Assembly: GCA_028711005.1 (NCBI GenBank)
Contig: JAQTTC010000002.1
Coordinates: 1-52,097, forward strand
Direction of reading: 5' to 3'
Source: Minisyncoccota bacterium
GTDB lineage: Bacteria > Patescibacteriota > Minisyncoccia > UBA6257
DNA: 52,097 nt
The notes beneath the pieces were generated by a model. That model was not told the origin of the DNA. It was given only the letters and a program-made list of their open reading frames with translations, and made no database searches. Positions within the stretch are counted from its first letter, which is position 1. Each line of letters starts with the position of its first letter. Of this stretch, positions 8,230 through 16,284 are shown piece after piece. Position numbers and translations under genes: made by a program.

Positions 8230-8787
8230 TTAAAATTCAAAAGTATTTAAGGTTGTATATTTTGGACCTTGAGAAGTTAGTTCACTTTCAATAATCGAGA
8301 TAGCTCCAATTTTAAAAAACTTATCTGTTTTTTCTTCAATTTCTAATAAAGACAATCCTTGATTGCACTCTTTATTTATTCTAGCCAAAGTAATGTGAGG
8401 CCTAAATAAATGATTTTCTATTTTAAAATTTACTCCATTATCTATAAGTTTTCTTTTTAAATTCTCGTGAAAATTACTTAATTCTTGAGAAGACTTGCCT
8501 TCTACCCAAACAAGACGAGGAAATTGGGGACTAGGTCCATAAGTAATCTTGTCTAACTGAACTGTGATTGGAAAGGCTGAATCCGTTGAAGATTGACAAG
8601 CTTGAATAACTTTTGATAAATCATTATCAAAAACATCACCAATAAAAATTAATGTTAGGTGTAAAGCTTGATCAGAGACTATTCGAAAACAAGAATCATT
8701 TAATTTTCTTTCTTGATAATCTATTAGAAAATGCTTTAAATTATCAGGTAAATGTGAGGCAATAAATATTCGATGTTGATGCTTCAT
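8230..8787 (-). CDS. thpR: RNA 2',3'-cyclic phosphodiesterase (2H phosphoesterase, LigT/ThpR family)
   Basis: Two HxTx motifs (HLTL in ALHLTLIFIG and HITL in RPHITLARI) at the expected spacing. Confidence 0.85.
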   Translation of the reverse strand: MKHQHRIFIASHLPDNLKHFLIDYQERKLNDSCFRIVSDQALHLTLIFIGDVFDNDLSKVIQACQSSTDSAFPITVQLDKITYGPSPQFPRLVWVEGKSSQELSNFHENLKRKLIDNGVNFKIENHLFRPHITLARINKECNQGLSLLEIEEKTDKFFKIGAISIIESELTSQGPKYTTLNTFEF

Positions 8788-8823
8788 ATACCTATTTTAT
8801 ATCATTTTACATATATTTTCCAA

Positions 8824-8853
8824 TTGACAACAAGGGCTTAAAAACTATATAAT
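8824..8853 (+). promoter_or_regulatory. candidate sigma-70 promoter of murC (leaderless geometry)
   Basis: TTGACA (8824-8829), an 18-nt spacer, TATAAT (8848-8853). Only 7 nt separate the -10 from the murC ATG at 8861, and there is no SD. Confidence 0.5.
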
Positions 8854-8860
8854 GATTTAA

Positions 8861-10255
8861 ATGACTACTAAAAAAGAGAAGATTCATTTAATTGGTATTG
8901 GCGGATCAGGAATGACATCTCTCGCCAACCTTCTTTTAGAAAAAGGATATTCTGTATCTGGCTCTGATAAAAATGATTTTGCTGTTAGAAAGTCATTAGA
9001 GAAAAAAGGAATTAAGATATATCTTAATCATCAAGCAAATAATTTAAAAAACCAAAAAGCTGTCATTTATTCTTCAGCAATTCCAAAAGATAATATTGAA
9101 CTTTTACAAGCAAAAAAAGAAAATATCCCTGTATTTAATCGTTTTGACTATTTAATAAAACTTTTAGCTGAAAAAAAGATAATTAGTATTGCCGGAACCC
9201 ATGGAAAGAGTACCACCACAGCAATGATTGCTCATCTTCTTGAAAAATCAGGTTTAGAACCAACGGTTTATTTAGGAGCTAAGAATAAAACATATCCTTT
9301 TGGAAGTTCTTGGGGAAAAGGGGAATATGCTGTTATAGAAACCGATGAGCACGACAAATCTTTTCTTAAAACTCCTTCTTTCTTATCTTTAATCAATAAC
9401 GTTGATAATGACCATTTATCAATTAAAGGTCCATATCAAGGGAAAATTTCTCTTCTAAAACAAGCTTTTCAAAAGTTTTCTGAAAAAAGCTACTTTGGAT
9501 TTATTGTTAATAATGATGACAATTTTTTAAGAAATTTAGGTAAAAAGAGTAAGAAGAATATCTTAAGTTTCGGTATTAATAAAAAAGCTGATCTTGTTGC
9601 AAGAAATATTTATTATCAAGGAAAAAATACTTTTGCTGATATATTTTTTCAAAACAAATTTGAAGATAAATTAAATCTTTCTATTCCAGGAAAAGAAAAT
9701 ATTTATAATGCCCTAGGTACAATCTGTGTTTCTCAAGTTATTGGTATTCTTTTTAAAGATTGTTTGAAACACTTAAAAAGCTTTTCTGGAATAAAAAGAA
9801 GATTTTCTGTCCTTTATAATAAAAATATAGCTGTAATTGATGATTATGCCCACCATCCTACTGAAATAAAAAGTGTTCTAGGAATGACTCACCAAGTCTT
9901 TCCTAAAAGAAGAATTATTTTAATTTTAGAACCACATCGTTATTCTCGAATTTCTTTTCTTTACAAAGAATATGCTCCAGCAGTAAAGAATTGTGATATC
10001 TTATTCTTGTTACCCATAGACCCTTCTAATGAAAAACCTATAAAAGGGGTGGAAAGTAAAAAAATATTTCAGGAAATATTAAAGAGCAAATCATTAAATA
10101 AAAGTAAAGTACATCTTATTGAAAACCAATCTGAATTATTTCAAAAACTTATTAAGCTTTTGAAAAAAGGAGATATTGTTCTTTTTGCTGGTCCAGGTAA
10201 AATATCAAATTTACCTTCTAAATTTATTAATTTTGTTAAAAGAAAAAAGATTTAA
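8861..10255 (+). CDS. murC: UDP-N-acetylmuramate--L-alanine ligase
   Basis: IHLIGIGGSGMTSLANLLLEKGYSVSGSD N-terminal Rossmann segment, GTHGKSTTTAMIAHLL P-loop, DDYAHHPTEI. Confidence 0.95.
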   Translation: MTTKKEKIHLIGIGGSGMTSLANLLLEKGYSVSGSDKNDFAVRKSLEKKGIKIYLNHQANNLKNQKAVIYSSAIPKDNIELLQAKKENIPVFNRFDYLIKLLAEKKIISIAGTHGKSTTTAMIAHLLEKSGLEPTVYLGAKNKTYPFGSSWGKGEYAVIETDEHDKSFLKTPSFLSLINNVDNDHLSIKGPYQGKISLLKQAFQKFSEKSYFGFIVNNDDNFLRNLGKKSKKNILSFGINKKADLVARNIYYQGKNTFADIFFQNKFEDKLNLSIPGKENIYNALGTICVSQVIGILFKDCLKHLKSFSGIKRRFSVLYNKNIAVIDDYAHHPTEIKSVLGMTHQVFPKRRIILILEPHRYSRISFLYKEYAPAVKNCDILFLLPIDPSNEKPIKGVESKKIFQEILKSKSLNKSKVHLIENQSELFQKLIKLLKKGDIVLFAGPGKISNLPSKFINFVKRKKI

Positions 10256-10266
10256 AATATATTTTT

Positions 10267-11505
10267 ATGAAGAAAAACTTAAAAAATTTCCTTCTCGCAC
10301 TCTTAGTTTTATTTTTATTTACCGCTATTTGGTTTTTAGGCTTTATTCATGGATCAAGCTGGGGGTGGCAAGCTAATTTACCTTCTCCATTTGAAAATTT
10401 AATTAACAAAGAAATACCTCAAGAAGTTCCTGAATCTGATATGAGCATTTTTTGGGACACTTGGAAAGTTGTTTTAGAAAAATATGTTGACAGACAAAAC
10501 TTAGATCCTGAAAAAATAATCTTAGGAGCAACTAGGGGATTAATAGAATCTTTAGAAGATCCTTATTCTGATTTTCTAACAGCTAAACAAACAAAAGAAC
10601 TTTCTGAAGAATTATCAGGAGAATTTTTTGGTGTCGGCATGGAAATTGGAAAACAAGATGGATACATAGTAGTTATTGCTCCTCTTCCTGGTACTCCAGC
10701 TGAAGAGGCAGGTATAAAACCAAATGATATAATATTAGCTATCGAAGAAACCGATACAGTGGATTTATCAACGACAGAAGCAGCTCAATTAATCAGAGGA
10801 AAACTAGGAACAAAGGTTACATTAACTGTTTATCGTTCTGCATGGAATGAAGCAAAAAAAATAGAGCTAACTAGAGATAAAATTACAATTCCTTCAACTT
10901 CCTGGGAAACGATAGAAGGAGATATTGCCTATCTTAAAATTTATAATTTTAATCAACCACTTACAATGGATTTTTATCAAACTGCTTTAGAAATTTCCTT
11001 TGCTAAACCAAAAGGCCTCATTATTGACCTTCGCAATAACCCTGGTGGATATTTAGACGCAGTTGTTGATATTAGTGGCTGGTTCTTATCAAATGGGGAT
11101 ATTATTCTTAAAGAAGATTTTGGTAATGGAGAAATTAAATCTTTTCGTGTTAGCCTTGGGCAATCCTTACTAAAGGATATTCCCACAGTTGTTCTAATAA
11201 ATGAAGGCACTGCCTCTGCTTCAGAAATACTAGCTGGTGCTTTAAGAGATAATCGAGGGGTAAAATTAATTGGTACCAAAAGTTTTGGTAAAGGTTCTGT
11301 TCAAGAATTGATTACTTTAAAAGATAATAATAGTGTAAAATTAACTATTTCTCGTTGGCTAACACCTAAGGGAACAATCATTCAAGGCAGTGGACTAGAA
11401 CCTGATATTGAAATAGAGAATGAAGAAGATTTTGGTACTTATTCTAAAATAGATCTAGAAAAAGACAAACAATTATTAACTGCTATTGCAGAATTAAAAA
11501 AATAA
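10267..11505 (+). CDS. carboxy-terminal processing peptidase (S41 family) with PDZ domain
   Basis: N-terminal TM/signal anchor, PDZ segment GVGMEIGKQDGYIVVIAPLPGTPAEEAGIKPNDIILAIE, and catalytic region NEGTASASEILAGALRD ... GKGSVQ. Confidence 0.9.
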   Translation: MKKNLKNFLLALLVLFLFTAIWFLGFIHGSSWGWQANLPSPFENLINKEIPQEVPESDMSIFWDTWKVVLEKYVDRQNLDPEKIILGATRGLIESLEDPYSDFLTAKQTKELSEELSGEFFGVGMEIGKQDGYIVVIAPLPGTPAEEAGIKPNDIILAIEETDTVDLSTTEAAQLIRGKLGTKVTLTVYRSAWNEAKKIELTRDKITIPSTSWETIEGDIAYLKIYNFNQPLTMDFYQTALEISFAKPKGLIIDLRNNPGGYLDAVVDISGWFLSNGDIILKEDFGNGEIKSFRVSLGQSLLKDIPTVVLINEGTASASEILAGALRDNRGVKLIGTKSFGKGSVQELITLKDNNSVKLTISRWLTPKGTIIQGSGLEPDIEIENEEDFGTYSKIDLEKDKQLLTAIAELKK

Positions 11506-11509
11506 AAAA

Positions 11510-11959
11510 ATGAAAATATATCTTTTAAAAGAAGTCTCACACTTAGGAAAACAAGGAGAGATAAAAGAAGTTTCTGATGGTTATGCTTTAAATTATCTTT
11601 TACCTAATAAAATAGCTAGAAGAGCTGATGCTAAAATTATAGAAAAAGTTTCTCAACAAAAAGAACAAAAAACAATTGAAGAAAAAAATAGAAAAGAAGA
11701 AGCTTTAAAATTAGCTGATGGTTTACAAGCAATGACTCTAGAAATTTCTCTTAAATTCTCAAAAAAAGGTAAGGAAGCTTATGATTCAGTAAATAGTAAA
11801 AGAATCATTGAAGAATTAAAAAACAAAGATATCAATTTGAAAGAAAGTCAGATTGAATTAAAAACCCCCATCAAGAAAGAAGGGGATTATGAAATACCAG
11901 TTATTTTAGATAAAGAAGTTAAAACATCTTTAAAAATTAAAGTTAAAGCTGCTGAATAA
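11510..11959 (+). CDS. rplI: 50S ribosomal protein L9
   Basis: MKIYLLKEVSHLGKQGEIKEVSDGYALNYLLPNKIARRA is the canonical L9 N-terminal domain. Confidence 0.95.
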   Translation: MKIYLLKEVSHLGKQGEIKEVSDGYALNYLLPNKIARRADAKIIEKVSQQKEQKTIEEKNRKEEALKLADGLQAMTLEISLKFSKKGKEAYDSVNSKRIIEELKNKDINLKESQIELKTPIKKEGDYEIPVILDKEVKTSLKIKVKAAE

Positions 11960-11961
11960 AA

Positions 11962-12255
11962 TTATTTCTTTTCTTTTCCTTCAGGAATAACATTAACTAA
12001 ACTTACTTTTTTCACTTTGCCAGTAAAATCTTTTTTTCTTTTAACAGAAAACTTTACAACTCCATCTTTAAGAGAAAAAATAGTATCATCTCTACCAATA
12101 TCTGTGTTCTTTCCAGGATGCCATTTAGTTCCTCTTTGTCTAATTAAAACATTACCGATTTCTACTTTCTGCCCATCAGCTCTTTTGACTCCTAGCCTTT
12201 TTGCCTTAGAGTCTCTACCTAATTTTGTTGAACCTCCTGATTTAGTATGTGCCAT
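11962..12255 (-). CDS. rpmA: 50S ribosomal protein L27
   Basis: [24 protein letters not shown]...[13 protein letters not shown]. Confidence 0.95.
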   Translation of the reverse strand: MAHTKSGGSTKLGRDSKAKRLGVKRADGQKVEIGNVLIRQRGTKWHPGKNTDIGRDDTIFSLKDGVVKFSVKRKKDFTGKVKKVSLVNVIPEGKEKK

Positions 12256-12303
12256 GTTTAAAAATTAATTATACAATAATTTAAATTTAATATTCTAAAA
12301 AAT

Positions 12304-12678
12304 ATGCCCCACTGTTTAAAAATTTTAACAAAGATTATCTCTTTTGTCAAAAAGCATTTCTGGCTTTACAGTTTTGCTTTTTTAATTACTAGTTTAGCTT
12401 TTTCCTCAGGAATTATCATTGGCGCTAATATTCTATCTCGGCCTCCAATGATTATAGAAAAAGAACTAATACTCAATTTAGAGGAAAGCCTAGCTGAAGT
12501 AGAAGCTAAAAATGAATCTTTAAAAGAATTCTCTTATGTAGCTAGTTCAAGAGGAAAATATTATTATCCAATAGATTGCAGTCTAGCAAAAAACTTAAAA
12601 GAAGAAAACAAGATATATTTTAAAACAAAAGAGGAAGCAGAAGACAAGGGATATATCTATAACACTAAATGTGACTAA
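12304..12678 (+). CDS. hypothetical membrane-anchored protein with C-terminal Ada-like/'sunset'-type small domain
   Basis: One TM helix (LYSFAFLITSLAFSSGIIIGANIL). The C-terminal YYYPIDCSLAKNLKEENKIYFKTKEEAEDKGYIYNTKC follows the Y-x-x-x-C...F-x-(S/T)-x-x-E-A-x-x-x-G-Y...C pattern. Confidence 0.55.
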   Translation: MPHCLKILTKIISFVKKHFWLYSFAFLITSLAFSSGIIIGANILSRPPMIIEKELILNLEESLAEVEAKNESLKEFSYVASSRGKYYYPIDCSLAKNLKEENKIYFKTKEEAEDKGYIYNTKCD

Positions 12679-12680
12679 TC

Positions 12681-13862
12681 TTATTCTAACTCTTCTTCCA
12701 CTTCTTTTTTACTAACATTATTTGAAGAAAGATATTTATATTCTTGTTCTATCTTTTCTGCCTCTTTTATTTTATCTCTTAATTCTTGAGGAATCTCTTT
12801 AAGAACTCTATCAAGTTTTTTAGGATCAATTGCTAATATTCTTTCCCATTTATCCAAAGGCTCTAAAACTTCCTTAAGTTTTTTAATGTTATATGAAACT
12901 TTATTTTTTGTGGTTCTACAAAAATATCCATTTTCTCCAAAAACACGTTTTAAACCTCTTTGATTGCAATAAACATCAATTAAATTTCTTAAACTTTCTA
13001 ATTCTTTTTCTATCCCTTCTCTTTTGTCTTTAAGCTCAAAATATTTATCAATCTTTTGTTTAATATCAAGTTCATTAACATCACTTTTTGATTGACCTTC
13101 ATAAAGATGCCTCCAAATTGGGCAAATATTACGATAACCACACCAACCGCATAGGGCTGAGGACCGAGGCTCAAAATTACTTTTTTCTATCTTATGAATT
13201 AATTGAATAACTTTTTCTTTACTTTCTTCTAGATCCTGTTCTGTTCTTTGAGTTTTAATCTTTTCATTGAATTTAAGAAAATACAAGCTAAGAGTTAATT
13301 TGTCTATCTTAGTTCTAGGCCAACGACTTTTTAATCCAATAGCATAAAAAGATAATTGATCATTCGAATCAACGCTTCTTTGAGAAGCAACACGTTTACC
13401 TGTTTTATAATCTATAATTTCAATTGTTCCGTCTGGTAATTTATCTATTCTATCAATAATTCCAGTCAAAATATGTTTACCATTTTGCTTGCCAGGATTC
13501 TCGTCAATAGTAACTTCAAATCTAGTTTCTAAATCAAGAATTGAGGTTTGGTGAGGAATATTTGCTTTATAATATTCTTCTAAAATTCTCATTCCTTCTT
13601 TGAAATAAGAATGTTCTTCTTCAGAATCTTGCCATTCAAATCCTTCAGATTTTTTAGGCCAATGTTCTTTATAATAATCAAGCAAGGCATCCAGAGTAGG
13701 GAAGTAAGGGTCTTTCTGATAAAACCATTTTAAAACTTTATGAATATAGGTACCAAAAACAGCCTCCTTACTTTTAGGCTCTTTTATTTTATCTATTTGT
13801 GAAAATTTATATTTTAGAGGACACTGTTTAAAATTTTCTAAACTGGAATAACTTATTCTCAT
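12681..13862 (-). CDS. PD-(D/E)XK nuclease, RecB/Cas4-like, with four-Cys (Fe-S type) signature
   Basis: N-terminal SLENFKQCPLKYKF. Nuclease core GIIDRIDKLPDGTIEIIDYKTGK (D...ExK-type). C-terminal CGWCGYRNIC, which with Cys14 gives the C...CxxCx5C pattern of Cas4/AddB nucleases. A roughly 130-aa Lys/Glu-rich helical tail follows. Confidence 0.85.
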   Translation of the reverse strand: MRISYSSLENFKQCPLKYKFSQIDKIKEPKSKEAVFGTYIHKVLKWFYQKDPYFPTLDALLDYYKEHWPKKSEGFEWQDSEEEHSYFKEGMRILEEYYKANIPHQTSILDLETRFEVTIDENPGKQNGKHILTGIIDRIDKLPDGTIEIIDYKTGKRVASQRSVDSNDQLSFYAIGLKSRWPRTKIDKLTLSLYFLKFNEKIKTQRTEQDLEESKEKVIQLIHKIEKSNFEPRSSALCGWCGYRNICPIWRHLYEGQSKSDVNELDIKQKIDKYFELKDKREGIEKELESLRNLIDVYCNQRGLKRVFGENGYFCRTTKNKVSYNIKKLKEVLEPLDKWERILAIDPKKLDRVLKEIPQELRDKIKEAEKIEQEYKYLSSNNVSKKEVEEELE

Positions 13863-13917
13863 AAATAATTAACAAAAATATGTTTCATTTTATCATGTAT
13901 TTAATATATTTTCTATA

Positions 13918-13946
13918 TTGACAGTTATTATAATTATTGATATAAT
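13918..13946 (+). promoter_or_regulatory. near-perfect consensus sigma-70 promoter of the small-gene cassette
   Basis: TTGACA (13918-13923), exactly 17 nt, TGA-TATAAT (extended -10; TATAAT at 13941-13946). Confidence 0.7.
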
Positions 13947-14000
13947 AAGGATATTTGTAACTTGAAAACCGAATAAAAAATAAAGAAAGGGGGATTAAGA

Positions 14001-14228
14001 ATGAATTATCAGATGGAATTGTTTGAAAGAATACCTAAGATTAAAAGAAATAAAAAGGATAAGAAAAAAAAGAAATATTTTCTTGTAACAATAGTAGAAG
14101 ATGATGGTAATGAAATTAAAACTGGAAGATGGGCGTATTCAGAAAACCAAGCAAAAAGGAATATAGCCAAAGATTATAACAAGAAAAAAGGATTTGTAGA
14201 AGATCACTACATTCAGTTTAAATTATGA
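14001..14228 (+). CDS. hypothetical 75-aa Lys-rich protein (cassette gene 1)
   Basis: AAGGGGG SD 7 nt before the ATG and a TGA stop. The N-terminus MNYQMELF precedes a KRNKKDKKKKK tract. No family recognised. Confidence 0.7.
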   Translation: MNYQMELFERIPKIKRNKKDKKKKKYFLVTIVEDDGNEIKTGRWAYSENQAKRNIAKDYNKKKGFVEDHYIQFKL

Positions 14229-14243
14229 AAAAGGAGGTAGGTG

Positions 14244-14495
14244 ATGCAACAACTAAATTTCTTTAGTCCAAAAAAAGGAAGCTATGTAGATATAACTGAT
14301 GGAAAAGAAAAACCATATAGAATCTGGCTATCAAAAAATAAAAAATTCTCTTTGAGCGAGGCAATACAAGAAGCTTTAAAAGTTTACAACAAAGAAAAAG
14401 GGATTAATTTAACTAAAGATAATAATCTTGTAGGATTTGGAGAAATTGTATTAAATGGAAAAATATTTAGAAAGAAGAAAAAGGAGGTAAGATAG
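14244..14495 (+). CDS. hypothetical 83-aa Lys-rich protein (cassette gene 2)
   Basis: AAGGAGG (14231-14237) lies 6 nt before the ATG at 14244; the track uses the GTG at 14241. N-terminus MQQLNFF. No family recognised. Confidence 0.7.
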   Translation: MQQLNFFSPKKGSYVDITDGKEKPYRIWLSKNKKFSLSEAIQEALKVYNKEKGINLTKDNNLVGFGEIVLNGKIFRKKKKEVR

Positions 14496-14496
14496 A

Positions 14497-14748
14497 TTGA
14501 AAGGAACATTCAACGGATGGTTTGATTTAAAAACCGGAGAAATCAATATTCATGTTTGCTATTCTCGTAATAAAGAAAGTTTAAAACTGATACAAGAAAT
14601 GAAAAAAGATTTTAGAAAATGGTGGAAGAAATTTGCTAAAAAAAATCCGGTAGAAAATATACAAGAAAAAAACTGTTCTTTTAAAGATTGTGAAATTTAT
14701 ATAAAGAAAAGAAAAAAATCAATTGACAACAAAGGATATAATGAGTAA
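14497..14748 (+). CDS. hypothetical 83-aa basic protein (cassette gene 3), TTG start
   Basis: AAGGAGG (14481-14487) lies 9 nt before the TTG at 14497, which is 1 nt after the previous stop. Sequence is Trp/Lys-rich (FRKWWKKFAKK). No family recognised. Confidence 0.62.
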   Translation: MKGTFNGWFDLKTGEINIHVCYSRNKESLKLIQEMKKDFRKWWKKFAKKNPVENIQEKNCSFKDCEIYIKKRKKSIDNKGYNE

Positions 14749-14755
14749 ATATATA

Positions 14756-14780
14756 GCGGCAGGAGATTGACTTCTGCCGC
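14756..14780 (+). terminator. GC-rich hairpin after cassette gene 3 (leaky terminator or RNA-stability/processing element)
   Basis: GCGGCAG (14756-14762) pairs with CTGCCGC (14774-14780) around an 11-nt loop. It is followed by AAAATTTT rather than a clean T-run, and the next SD starts 11 nt later. Confidence 0.4.
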
Positions 14781-14806
14781 AAAATTTTAGAAGGAGGGGT
14801 TAAAAA

Positions 14807-14971
14807 ATGATTTCCATTGGTATATCTCTTGTAATTATGGGAATTTTATTCACATGTTTTCTAAATATAGTATGGGAAAATATTGCTAACACTGAAAAAA
14901 TGAGCCCAATAATAGCCTTGGCCATAACCTTTCTTTTCTTGCTCCCAGGATTAATAATTATAAAATTATAA
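14807..14971 (+). CDS. 54-aa two-TM membrane protein (MISIGISLVIMGILFTCFLNIVWENIANTEKMSPIIALAITFLFLLPGLIIIKL), not in supplied track
   Basis: AAGGAGG (14791-14797) lies 9 nt before the ATG. There are two hydrophobic helices separated by WENIANTEKM. An intrinsic terminator begins 13 nt after the TAA. The track instead lists the antisense ORF 14800..14982, which has no SD. Confidence 0.62.
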   Translation: MISIGISLVIMGILFTCFLNIVWENIANTEKMSPIIALAITFLFLLPGLIIIKL

Positions 14972-14983
14972 TTCATTATCATT

Positions 14984-15015
14984 ACCGGTGAGGATTATTC
15001 CTAACCGGTTTTTTA
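14984..15015 (+). terminator. intrinsic terminator closing the small-gene cassette
   Basis: accggtgagga (14984-14994) pairs with tcctaaccggt (14999-15009), 10 of 11 bp, around a 4-nt loop. It is followed by TTTTT (15010-15014). Confidence 0.65.
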
Positions 15016-15025
15016 TTATAAAATT

Positions 15026-15976
15026 TTATCTTCCTCCTCCATGAAATTTTTGATGAATTTCCCGGAGTTTTTTGTTAGTAACATGAGCATAAATTTGAGT
15101 AGCAGCAATGTTTTTATGACCCAAAAACTCTTGAAGAATTCTTATATCTACTCCTTGAGCTAGAAGATCAGTGCTAAAAGAATGCCTCATAACATGGGGA
15201 GTAGTATTTAAAGGTAATCCAGCCATCACAACATATTTCTTCATTGATTTTTCAATAGAACGATTAGTTAATCTTCTGGATGCATTTTTCTTACTCCGAT
15301 AGTTTATGAACAGAGCCTTGTCATCATCTTTTCGAGTTTCTAAATACTTACTTAACCAATGGAGAGCTCTTTCTGAAAAATATACCGTTCTCATTCTATT
15401 TCCTTTACCAATAATGCTTAATTCTAGTTCCTCTTTGCTATTTGGTTTAATTTTAATTTGATTACGATCAAGAGCCGTGAGCTCTGAGATACGCATTCCA
15501 GTAGAAAAAAGTATTTCTAAGATAGCTCTATCGCGCAATCCTTGTATTTTTGAAACATCAGGTGCTTTAAATAATTTTTCTAATTGTTCTAACACTAAAA
15601 AGCGAACCTGTTTATCACCTTTATCTCTAGCTAATTGTATTTTCTCTGTTGGTAAAGATAAAATATCCTTATCAGCGAAATAATTCAAAAGGGACCTTAA
15701 GGCGATTAAATAATAATTCTGTGTAGTTTTCTTCAAAGGTTGACCAGAATGATTAACACATTGGCGAGATAAAAAAACTCTATAATTCCAAACATGATCA
15801 GAGGACAATTCATGAGGTTTTAGATTACTTAATTTATTCTTTTCTAGCCAATCTAAAAACCTCTTTAAAAACCTAGCGTAGTTTTCTTGAGATTTTGAAG
15901 ATAATCCTTTTTGAATTTCTAACCAATCCAAAAAATCGTTTAAATAGGAGGGGATTGATCTATTGCTTTTTTCCAT
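15026..15976 (-). CDS. tyrosine site-specific recombinase (XerC/XerD-like)
   Basis: N-terminal SAM-like core-binding domain (YLNDFLDWLEIQKGLSSKSQENYARFLKRF). Catalytic region GMRISEL ... HVMRHSFSTDLLAQGVDIRILQEFLGHKNIAATQIYAHV supplies the R, HxxR, H and Y residues. Confidence 0.9.
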   Translation of the reverse strand: MEKSNRSIPSYLNDFLDWLEIQKGLSSKSQENYARFLKRFLDWLEKNKLSNLKPHELSSDHVWNYRVFLSRQCVNHSGQPLKKTTQNYYLIALRSLLNYFADKDILSLPTEKIQLARDKGDKQVRFLVLEQLEKLFKAPDVSKIQGLRDRAILEILFSTGMRISELTALDRNQIKIKPNSKEELELSIIGKGNRMRTVYFSERALHWLSKYLETRKDDDKALFINYRSKKNASRRLTNRSIEKSMKKYVVMAGLPLNTTPHVMRHSFSTDLLAQGVDIRILQEFLGHKNIAATQIYAHVTNKKLREIHQKFHGGGR

Positions 15977-16086
15977 GATGATAAGAGACTCTTAACTTAA
16001 ATTATGCGAACTATAATATACTTTATTTTAACGCATTAAAATGCGTTGTCAATACTTCTCCCCAAAAACTAGGTTAACTTTATTAC

Positions 16087-16284
16087 TTAGCTTATAAGAA
16101 ACTTTAAAATCCTTATTAATGTTTCTAGCCCAATAATTATAAATTCAACCATTAATTTTAAAAAAGCTGTTACATGAAATATAATCTTTGATATGAAACC
16201 TGCAATAAGAGTTTCATTAACAAAATAGCTTATATCTTCCAAAATTTTTAAAATAAATTGTGATAATTGATCAAAATTATCCAT
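16087..16284 (-). CDS. hypothetical 65-aa hydrophobic protein, translationally coupled to gltX
   Basis: The ATG overlaps the gltX TAA as TAATG (16282-16286). The C-terminal half is hydrophobic (IIFHVTAFLKLMVEFIIIGLETLI). No family recognised. Confidence 0.5.
   Translation of the reverse strand: MDNFDQLSQFILKILEDISYFVNETLIAGFISKIIFHVTAFLKLMVEFIIIGLETLIRILKFLIS

Noticed and set aside
14723-14746. Internal TTGACA...TATAAT inside cassette gene 3, considered as a promoter for the 54-aa ORF
   Set aside because: The two hexamers are only 8 nt apart, which is incompatible with sigma-70 spacing.
14800-14982. Track ORF of 60 aa on the minus strand
   Set aside because: It is the antisense shadow of the plus-strand 54-aa ORF (14807..14971). 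The plus-strand ORF has an AAGGAGG site at correct spacing, the same orientation as the cassette and a downstream terminator. The minus ORF has no RBS and would start inside the terminator region.
16030-16052. Palindrome AACGCAT-TAAA-ATGCGTT next to a minus-strand TTGACA, considered as an operator-containing promoter for the recombinase gene
   Set aside because: At the required 17-nt spacing the -10 position reads AAAATA (poor match), and better -10-like hexamers are 26 nt away. No T-run on either strand supports a terminator call. Too weak to annotate.
12681-16086. A bounded integrative element or prophage defined by the tyrosine recombinase
   Set aside because: I could not find flanking direct repeats or a tRNA at either edge. 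The recombinase has the ordinary XerC/XerD layout, so it may be the chromosomal dimer-resolution enzyme. The region is kept as an unusual cassette, not called as a mobile element.
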